From a virus: 64,000 nt of DNA. Location of the stretch: the IMG/VR virus record IMGVR_UViG_3300034284_002638, positions 37,674 through 101,673 of that record; one strand, given 5' to 3'. Below the pieces are notes generated by a model. That model was not told the DNA's origin. It did not search any database and worked only from the letters and a program-made list of their open reading frames with translations. Position numbers and translations under genes: made by a program. Positions 57,320 to 64,000 of this stretch are shown here, one piece after another; position 1 is the first letter of the stretch, and each line of letters begins with the position of its first letter.

Positions 57320-57544
57320 TTATTCTCCCTTGTTCAATTCTTTTTTTGTTATGTGCCTTGTCGAAATGAGCCCCATCTTCTCGGCCCTCTCAACGTATTC
57401 CGTGCTCCTCTCATCCTCTAACATGTAGATGTTGTTTCCACCACCTACGCCAGGAACATTCAGTGTCGTGAAAGCCTTGGGTGACCTTCTAGACCTTATC
57501 AGTATCTGAACCGGACCCCTTGTTTTGTTCTTGATCTCGATCAT
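57320..57544 (-). CDS. Small hypothetical protein in the tail operon
   Basis: Coupled between the gp15-like and sheath genes. Confidence 0.7.
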   Translation of the reverse strand: MIEIKNKTRGPVQILIRSRRSPKAFTTLNVPGVGGGNNIYMLEDERSTEYVERAEKMGLISTRHITKKELNKGE

Positions 57545-58518
57545 TAATTCTGCCTTTCTATTTTATCAACACTGTCTTCCAACTTGTCCAACGCCTCAGT
57601 AATTTTGTCCTCGTCGACCCCGTTATAAAAATCCGTTTTTGTTGCTAGAACTGACTTGTTTCGAACAATTGGCTGTGGTATATATGCCTTGACCGTCAAA
57701 TTAAATTCAAACTTGATTATTCTTTGATTTTGGTCGCCCGGCTCATAGTCCACATTATTTGCTATGGAATCCAGATTGACCGAAGTCTCCCAATTGATTC
57801 CCCTAACGCGTATATATGCAATCGGAGAAAATTTTAGCATTATCTGCTCTAGAATCTGATCCATGTCCTCCATGTACATAGTCCATGCCGTCAAGGTATA
57901 GGTTTTGTTGATCGGTATGCCCCTTGCGACACCGAACACCGTGTCTCTCTCAAACTTCTCCTTGGTGGTAAAGCCCGGCTTGCCGTCCGGCCTCAACCTG
58001 CGCATGTAATCTAGAGCCTTGTGGTATGTGTACCTCTCGGGGTCAAAATCCATTCCGTTTGAATATATTGCAAGCACAGGAAGTCTTATTCTTTCTACTA
58101 CAAGACTTCCGTCCTTCCGGACATTATCCTGCAGAATCCAAGTTACCGCCCTTTCCTGCGTCCCCCACAGTATGGGAACCTTGTATGCCTTCCCGTCTTC
58201 GTCAAGAACGACCAAATTAGAAAACAAATCTACCATCGCCTCATCGCAGCCACGAAGACTCTTTGAATACCTGTAGAGAACATGGCGTTCCGGGTCATTC
58301 ATGTCGTCGACAATTCTTCCGGTCTGCATCGGGTCGCACTGGGCCTCTTTGCCGAGTCCTATCTTGGACTTGGCGGCTTCCTCCACCCAACCTGTGCCCA
58401 TGCCCGGCCCATCGCAACTCTTCGGAGCCTTCTCTTTGTTCCTGCTGGTTTCCGCCGGCGGCACGACATTGCAGTCGTTTAGGCTTTTGTTCTGGTGATT
58501 TCCCGGATTGACAACCAT
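57544..58518 (-). CDS. Tail completion / sheath stabiliser (gp15-like)
   Basis: LFSNL...KVPILWGTQE...RLP...DQILEQIMLKFSP. Confidence 0.75.
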   Translation of the reverse strand: MVVNPGNHQNKSLNDCNVVPPAETSRNKEKAPKSCDGPGMGTGWVEEAAKSKIGLGKEAQCDPMQTGRIVDDMNDPERHVLYRYSKSLRGCDEAMVDLFSNLVVLDEDGKAYKVPILWGTQERAVTWILQDNVRKDGSLVVERIRLPVLAIYSNGMDFDPERYTYHKALDYMRRLRPDGKPGFTTKEKFERDTVFGVARGIPINKTYTLTAWTMYMEDMDQILEQIMLKFSPIAYIRVRGINWETSVNLDSIANNVDYEPGDQNQRIIKFEFNLTVKAYIPQPIVRNKSVLATKTDFYNGVDEDKITEALDKLEDSVDKIERQN

Positions 58519-58588
58519 TGTTTTCCCCTCTTGGTCTATCTAGACGAGTGATCTTTTTAATTGGTTGCCCAGCCGATATAATTGAAGA

Positions 58589-59440
58589 ATGATCACAGTC
58601 AAATACAGAACATGGCACCTCGGCGCCCATCCCTCTCCGATCAAGCTTCAGATACCAGGCTGGTCCGGCAAGGACAGAAACCACGGCGATGGAGCAACGC
58701 CCCAGCCATGGCACTGCCCCCCTTTCGTGGAGGGAAGCACATACGGCCACGAGTTGATTTATCCCTTCAAGAGCGAGTGCTGTGTGACGAGGCGTCACGG
58801 CCAAGTTTTTTTCGAGGGCGATTTCTCCGGCGAAGACTGGAACATGAATGAGCAAGGCAACACGATCAACGGACAAGAGCCCAAAAAGACCACGCCCCCG
58901 ATGATGAGCTTCGCGCCGGGTCACTACGGCATGTCAAGCTCGCTGGACATGGAGCCGCCCGAAGGATATGTGATCAGAACGGAACCGCACCCCAGGTTCT
59001 TCACCGACGAAACAGGAACCGTCCCGTGCCTGCTTACGGGACATATTCAAAGGTGGTGGTCAAGAATCTTCTTCGTCGTTTTCAAGGCTCCTAGAGAAGG
59101 CGAGACCCACATCTTCAGAGCGGGCGAACCGTACGGCCAAGTTCTTTTTGTCCCCCAGAAAAATGATGTTGAATTCATCCCGTTCACGGAGGAAGAAAGA
59201 ATAGAAAGGGAAGGCCGAGACAGAAGAATAAGCGAACACGGAAGCAAGATTGCAACCCGCTCGTGGTCGGCAACCCCGCAATTGACGTTTGACGACAAGT
59301 ACAAGGTTCTCAGCAAGGCCTATACTAAAGGCGGCTATTCCGAGGTTGACAACACTATATCAAATAAAATATCATCCGCCTCCACTCCGATAGAGATGAA
59401 GACGAAAATACCCAAGCGTCTCTTCTCTCCCAGAAGATGA
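58589..59440 (+). CDS. Hypothetical protein (possibly DUF6065/dUTPase-like fold)
   Basis: HCPPF...G...PPEGY...FRAGEPYGQVLFVP pattern. Confidence 0.5.
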   Translation: MITVKYRTWHLGAHPSPIKLQIPGWSGKDRNHGDGATPQPWHCPPFVEGSTYGHELIYPFKSECCVTRRHGQVFFEGDFSGEDWNMNEQGNTINGQEPKKTTPPMMSFAPGHYGMSSSLDMEPPEGYVIRTEPHPRFFTDETGTVPCLLTGHIQRWWSRIFFVVFKAPREGETHIFRAGEPYGQVLFVPQKNDVEFIPFTEEERIEREGRDRRISEHGSKIATRSWSATPQLTFDDKYKVLSKAYTKGGYSEVDNTISNKISSASTPIEMKTKIPKRLFSPRR

Positions 59441-59562
59441 AACACTATCCCATAAGAAAGGCCAAAGAAAAAAGAAAACCATACATGCCAGAAGGAATAA
59501 GGCTTCCGTTGCCGAAGCCGAAGTTCCCAAGGACTGTGTTTTGGAAAGTGAATAAAAGTTAA
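59437..59562 (+). CDS. 41-aa basic Pro-rich peptide
   Basis: ATGA-coupled; MKHYPIRKAKEKRKPYMPEGIRLPLPKPKFPRTVFWKVNKS. Confidence 0.45.
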   Translation: MKHYPIRKAKEKRKPYMPEGIRLPLPKPKFPRTVFWKVNKS

Positions 59563-59577
59563 CTTATTTCATTAAAT

Positions 59578-59650
59578 GCGAGTGTAGCTCAATTGGCAGA
59601 GCGTTAGGTTTCCATCCTAAATGTTGCCGGATCGTGGCCGGTCACTCGCT
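59578..59650 (+). tRNA. tRNA-Gly (anticodon TCC), atypical T-loop, CCA not encoded
   Basis: Acceptor GCGAGTG/CACTCGC, D stem GCTC/GAGC, anticodon stem TTAGG/CCTAA, T stem GCCGG/CCGGT, discriminator U. Confidence 0.88.
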
Positions 59651-59716
59651 TTTTTCTAATTCATCTTTCTCCATATTGAACTTTTTGGCTAGGGCGAGCT
59701 TGGAGCACGGAATGGA

Positions 59717-60268
59717 TTAGCCTCTTTGATTAATTTCATTCAAGTCAAAGTCCGGCTTCTTCTGAGAGGCCTTTCCCTCTCCTGTCGTGACGCTTTCTTG
59801 GAAGCGTTGACATAGTATCTGTATCCTCATCTGACTCCAGAGCATCGTTTCCCCTATGTTCCTCTGGATGATGACCCAGTCCTCCTTTCTGTGCGGGCTG
59901 TGTATCCTTGATCCCACCTTAGGCGGGTGTCCTATCTTATTTAGAACATCCCTGTAGTTGAAGTCGAACACAACCTCGTCAGGCGAGTCTATTCCGAATG
60001 CGCTCTGGTAGTTCTGTCCCACCACGGGCTCGTAGGACGCATAGAGCATGACGGGATTGTTCGACCACAGTTTGCCCCTGTCCTCGCGGTAGAGTTTGTC
60101 GAGGGAGCCCGTCTGGATGAACACCTCATAGTAGAAGACGGGCGACCCGTATATCTTTATCCACTCCGCATCCCAGTCGTTCCAGAGGCAGCGCTCCGGA
60201 TTGTCCGGATCAAACTGCTCCAAGCTGCCAACAGGCTTGTACGGCGTTCCGTCGGGATTCTTGATCAA
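59717..60268 (-). CDS. Neck / head-closure protein (gp14-like)
   Basis: EWIKIYGSPVFYY...LYRED...FGIDSPD...PKVGSRI. Confidence 0.7.
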   Translation of the reverse strand: MIKNPDGTPYKPVGSLEQFDPDNPERCLWNDWDAEWIKIYGSPVFYYEVFIQTGSLDKLYREDRGKLWSNNPVMLYASYEPVVGQNYQSAFGIDSPDEVVFDFNYRDVLNKIGHPPKVGSRIHSPHRKEDWVIIQRNIGETMLWSQMRIQILCQRFQESVTTGEGKASQKKPDFDLNEINQRG

Positions 60269-60313
60269 GGCGGTTTCCTCCTTGATTATATATCTTCCCC
60301 GAGGCCTTATTCC

Positions 60314-60922
60314 TCAGACCCCGACCAATCTTCTTCCGCTCGGATCATGAATGTCAGGGCGTTCCGGATGGCTATCATCGCCGCCGTCGTCTTCTCCGTC
60401 TATGTCGGTGTGGTCTATGACCATTTTGACCCACTCAGCTAACTGAAGGGGCGTCTTCAAGGGCGGGCCGTCAAACTCCGAAAGCGCCCCGGGAAAAGAT
60501 ACGCGTTCATCCCGCTCGCTCAGTCTTATGTGGCCGTCCCTGTCAAGCAGACCCCTCATACTTGTGGGTTCGACCCCTGAATGCATTCCGGCAAGCCCTG
60601 TCCTTCCGTTAAATAAAAACATCGTGGCCTTTATCTTCATTTCCGCCCCGCCCTCCACGGAATCGTACTCAGAATCGGGTCGCTCAAGTATCGCGAACGC
60701 CCGCAGATAGAAGAACGCGGGCTTTTCAACCTTGGGGTTGTAGAATGCGGCAGAAAAGTCAAATGAATCCTTCGTGCCCTTGTCGGTTATCCATCCCCTC
60801 GGCTCTACGCTCCACTTGATCCACTCCGCATTGACCTTGAAATCAAGCGTCCTCTTCATCGCCTCGCCCGCTGCGGAGCCCATCACCTTCGCCTCTGCAA
60901 GCCACTGCCTAAAGCCGGACAT
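60314..60922 (-). CDS. Hypothetical protein with capsid-targeting-like N-terminus (MSGFRQWLAEAK)
   Basis: N-terminal motif; coupled to the upstream structural gene. Confidence 0.7.
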   Translation of the reverse strand: MSGFRQWLAEAKVMGSAAGEAMKRTLDFKVNAEWIKWSVEPRGWITDKGTKDSFDFSAAFYNPKVEKPAFFYLRAFAILERPDSEYDSVEGGAEMKIKATMFLFNGRTGLAGMHSGVEPTSMRGLLDRDGHIRLSERDERVSFPGALSEFDGPPLKTPLQLAEWVKMVIDHTDIDGEDDGGDDSHPERPDIHDPSGRRLVGV

Positions 60923-61323
60923 CAGTTGAGCTGAACCTGCGGCCTGATGGATATTTCTCCACCGGCTGACGGAAGAGTGAACGGAGCCCCCGGGAACTGC
61001 TCGGCCCAGAGTATTCTGTTTGAGGTGTCGGTCACATAGTAGCCTTGTATGCTGGCTGCGGCCGTGAATGAGAATGTTATGCTAGAGCTGTACACAGCAG
61101 AAGAAACTCCCGCCGTCGTGCTTGCCGTCCAATTCGCCCCCAGCAATGTGACGGGCGCATATCCGCTTGTCGTCGCCTCGACAAAGCTTGATTCTGTCCA
61201 TGTTTCCGTGGATAGATCCAAGCTGTTGGTGTAGAGGTGCAATATCATGTTGGTAGGGGGCGTCTTGTTCACAATATATTCAAGAAGTCTGCGCTCACCT
61301 GCGTCCGGAACTACTATTGGCAT
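60922..61323 (-). CDS. Probable virion structural protein (tail-fibre/baseplate associated)
   Basis: LHLYTN...GYAPVTL...W...ITFSF...IQGYYVT...LWAEQF pattern. Confidence 0.6.
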   Translation of the reverse strand: MPIVVPDAGERRLLEYIVNKTPPTNMILHLYTNSLDLSTETWTESSFVEATTSGYAPVTLLGANWTASTTAGVSSAVYSSSITFSFTAAASIQGYYVTDTSNRILWAEQFPGAPFTLPSAGGEISIRPQVQLN

Positions 61324-61368
61324 TTTCAACCTCGCTTTTCTCTCGTATATATCAAGAAGAGTCTAAAA

Positions 61369-62043
61369 ATGTCCATTTTAAACAAAGAAGGAAAAGTCTA
61401 TAGGCTTTCGGAACCAAACCCTCTTGTTAAGCAACAAGAGGCATGGGACCCTTCCGGCCTTGTGTTCCACAACTTCGAATGGGATGAGGTCAAGATGTCC
61501 GCAACCCACAGAATACGCCCTCCCAAAAAGGCAGTCCCCGTAATGGAGGAGATGCCTGTTGAGCGCATGCCCATCCCAAGTTCGGATACGCCAAAGTCTC
61601 GATTAGACACCCCCAGCCCCGGCCCCGCACCAAAATATAAAGCTGAACAGACCGAGCAGGAAAAAGAATACGACATGCCCTATATCAAGCACAAGGTTTT
61701 GTCGTACTGCCTCCCCGCCATCATAAAAAAAGGATCCGATAAACTTTATGGCGAATCATGGAAGAGGGTTCAATACGGAAATAAGATGATCTTTCCCTCG
61801 GTTATAATAGAGGCGAGCGACTTCTCGCTCTCCTTTTGGACTAGCGATCCAAACGAACAGATAGGAGAAAGGTCTATCATATATCCTTTTGCATACGAAA
61901 TACACAACCAGCAGACGGACGCTTACGATAGGGTTCCGTACGACGAATACAGGTGGTGGAAGGTGACAGGAAAGGAGCAGAAGGAGGGAGGGTGGCTTTT
62001 TTCAACAATACCATCTGAAGTTCAGCCCGACTTTTCTGATTAA
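61369..62043 (+). CDS. Hypothetical protein
   Basis: Likely start MSILNKEG; TATATA upstream. Confidence 0.7.
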   Translation: MSILNKEGKVYRLSEPNPLVKQQEAWDPSGLVFHNFEWDEVKMSATHRIRPPKKAVPVMEEMPVERMPIPSSDTPKSRLDTPSPGPAPKYKAEQTEQEKEYDMPYIKHKVLSYCLPAIIKKGSDKLYGESWKRVQYGNKMIFPSVIIEASDFSLSFWTSDPNEQIGERSIIYPFAYEIHNQQTDAYDRVPYDEYRWWKVTGKEQKEGGWLFSTIPSEVQPDFSD

Positions 62044-62330
62044 TCAAATATTCTGTTATTGGGATCCTTTGCCCGCTCGGGCGTGGTTATGCCCACACTC
62101 ATGCCCATCTTAAGAAGTTGTTCCTTGTACTCGTCAACAGCCTTGATGAATCCTGTTTCAAATATGTCGGCTATGAATTTTCCAAACCTTTCGTAGTCCT
62201 CTTTGGTTTGGATATTGGTTACTAGCCTGTCTATGAAACTTTCGTTTGCCGGGTATCTTTCCTTTAGTATTTCAAAAAGATATTTCTTTATGGCTATAGA
62301 CTGCGGATTTTGAAACATGAATGGTATCAT
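62040..62330 (-). CDS. Hypothetical protein
   Basis: Clean ORF convergent with the previous gene. Confidence 0.65.
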   Translation of the reverse strand: MIPFMFQNPQSIAIKKYLFEILKERYPANESFIDRLVTNIQTKEDYERFGKFIADIFETGFIKAVDEYKEQLLKMGMSVGITTPERAKDPNNRIFD

Positions 62331-62410
62331 TCCGTAAATTAGTCATAGAAATCAGATAACATCTTCAATATCTAATGTGGACTTTAATCATTGATCAAAA
62401 GGGTAGCCGC

Positions 62411-64000
62411 ATGTCAAGATCATATACACAACGAGAGCAAATCAACGTAGACAATTTGACGCTTGACGGAAATACAATAAGCAGCAAAAGCGGAGATATA
62501 GTACTTAATCCAAATGGTTCCGGAAAAGTTCTTATAGGCAATCAAGAAATAAACGCCCAAGGAATTCAAGGAATTCAAGGTAGTCAAGGAATAACAGGTA
62601 GTCAAGGAATAACAGGTAGTCAAGGAATAACAGGTAGTCAAGGAACAACAGGTAGTCAAGGAACAACAGGTAGTCAAGGAACAACAGGTAGTCAAGGAAC
62701 AACAGGTAGTCAAGGAACAACAGGTAGTCAAGGAACAACAGGTAGTCAAGGAATTCAAGGAATTCAAGGAATTCAAGGAACAACAGGTAGTCAAGGAACA
62801 ACAGGTAGTCAAGGAACAACAGGTAGTCAAGGAACAACAGGTAGTCAAGGAATTCAAGGAATTCAAGGAGCCCGAGGAATTCAAGGAATTCAAGGAGCCC
62901 GAGGAATTCAAGGAATTCAAGGAATTCAAGGAATTCAAGGAATTCAAGGTAGTCAAGGAATAACAGGTAGTCAAGGAATTCAAGGAATTCAAGGAATTCA
63001 AGGAATTCAAGGAATAACAGGTAGTCAAGGAATTCAAGGTAGTCAAGGAATAACAGGTAGTCAAGGAATAACAGGTAGTCAAGGAATAACAGGTAGTCAA
63101 GGAATAACAGGTAGTCAAGGAATAACAGGTAGTCAAGGAATAACAGGTAGTCAAGGAACCCAAGGAATCCAAGGAACCCAAGGAATCTCTGGTTCTGATC
63201 AATGGACGCCCAATGCCTCGGCCAATATAACGATCTCTAATGGCAACACATTCGCCAGATCTTCCGGTAGTGGTTGGGACGCTCAAGTATACTCTACAGA
63301 AGGATACACTAGGGGTGCTTATTGTTCTGCTGTGGCATCTCAAACTAATGGCGCCATAATGTTTGGACTAAACTCTGATCCAACAACAAATGCCAATTTC
63401 ACAAGCATAGATTATGCTTGGTATTTTAATGCCTCTGGTTCTTTGGAGATATATGAAAATGGAACCGGAACAGGTGTTAATTATGGTTCATATACAACCT
63501 CAACTGTTCTTTATATAACATACGATGGCTCAACAATAACATATTGGAAAGATGGAGTTAGTCAAAGAACTATCAGTAGGTCAATAGGAAGCCCTTTGCA
63601 TTTTGATTGTAGTATTTTTAATTTAGGCAGTTCAATTAACTCTGTTGCTTTTGGACCCATGGGAGAAAGAGGTTCACAAGGAATTCAAGGAATTCAAGGA
63701 ACCCAAGGAACCCAAGGAATTCAAGGAAGACAGGGAATTCAAGGTTCTATTGGTAGTCAAGGAATAACAGGTAGTCAAGGAATAACAGGTAGTCAAGGAA
63801 TAACAGGTAGTCAAGGAATAACAGGTAGTCAAGGAATAACAGGTAGTCAAGGAATAACAGGTAGTCAAGGAACAACAGGTAGTCAAGGAACAACAGGTAG
63901 TCAAGGAACAACAGGTAGTCAAGGAACAACAGGTAGTCAAGGAACAACAGGTAGTCAAGGAACAACAGGTAGTCAAGGAACAACAGGTAGTCAAGGAACA
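62411..64000 (+). CDS. Collagen-like tail fibre / surface protein (3' end outside window)
   Basis: ATG 62411, open to the window end: INVDNLTLDGNTISS...LNPNGSGKV, two Gly-X-Y blocks and an intervening beta-sandwich-like domain; missed by the ORF track because it has no stop. Confidence 0.9.
   Translation, partial: MSRSYTQREQINVDNLTLDGNTISSKSGDIVLNPNGSGKVLIGNQEINAQGIQGIQGSQGITGSQGITGSQGITGSQGTTGSQGTTGSQGTTGSQGTTGSQGTTGSQGTTGSQGIQGIQGIQGTTGSQGTTGSQGTTGSQGTTGSQGIQGIQGARGIQGIQGARGIQGIQGIQGIQGIQGSQGITGSQGIQGIQGIQGIQGITGSQGIQGSQGITGSQGITGSQGITGSQGITGSQGITGSQGITGSQGTQGIQGTQGISGSDQWTPNASANITISNGNTFARSSGSGWDAQVYSTEGYTRGAYCSAVASQTNGAIMFGLNSDPTTNANFTSIDYAWYFNASGSLEIYENGTGTGVNYGSYTTSTVLYITYDGSTITYWKDGVSQRTISRSIGSPLHFDCSIFNLGSSINSVAFGPMGERGSQGIQGIQGTQGTQGIQGRQGIQGSIGSQGITGSQGITGSQGITGSQGITGSQGITGSQGITGSQGTTGSQGTTGSQGTTGSQGTTGSQGTTGSQGTTGSQGTTGSQGT
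62561..63190 (+). repeat. Collagen block 1, about 70 Gly-X-Y triplets (GSQ, GIT, GTT, GIQ)
   Basis: 9-bp and 18-bp tandem units ggaattcaa and ggtagtcaagga(at/ac)aaca. Confidence 0.9.
63653..64000 (+). repeat. Collagen block 2 (truncated by the window edge)
   Basis: Same 18-bp units as block 1. Confidence 0.9.

Noticed and set aside
62420-63994. Minus-strand ORFs with (LTTCCS)n or (FLDYLL)n repeats
   Set aside because: These are antisense shadows of the + strand collagen gene, which has a sensible N-terminus and a globular domain
1-64000. Stop-codon reassignment as seen in some large phages
   Set aside because: Conserved genes are intact under the standard code, coding density is high, and TAG, TGA and TAA all end genes at sensible positions

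Overview
This window is a dense segment of a large, T4-like myovirus (jumbo-phage-like) genome. It encodes a contractile tail (sheath, two tube paralogs, gp15-like terminator, gp14-like neck, gp26-like hub/chaperone with a likely -1 frameshift, and a collagen-like fibre running off the right edge). It also encodes T4-style replication and recombination genes (UvsX/RecA, gp32 SSB, UvsY-like protein, DnaB/gp41, UvsW, Mre11/Rad50, resolvase), a Ski2/Hel308-type helicase, a compact family-A polymerase domain, nucleotide metabolism (GuaC, NrdAB with a mini-intein, dUTPase, dNMP kinase), a late sigma factor and tRNA-Gly(UCC). Accessory content includes five glycosyltransferase-like genes, methyltransferases, a SET domain, a GNAT, a trypsin protease and a Pmp3 peptide. 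The most unusual observations are: (1) at least nine highly diverged small paralogs at 1-5.3 kb sharing a C-terminal '[P/D]xxxAx[K/R]hhxLGxP' tag; (2) dispersed proteins carrying a T4 capsid-targeting-like 'MKTFxxF/WLxE' leader, often behind a TATATA promoter-like box; (3) a three-gene ParB-like (NGQHR) operon whose last gene copies the first gene's C-terminal domain; (4) a ~500-bp hairpin-rich non-coding region; (5) a candidate virion glycosylation system paired with mucin-like and proline-poor collagen substrates. A Planctomycetota host is a weak inference from two genes. All family assignments come from motif recognition by eye; no searches were run.
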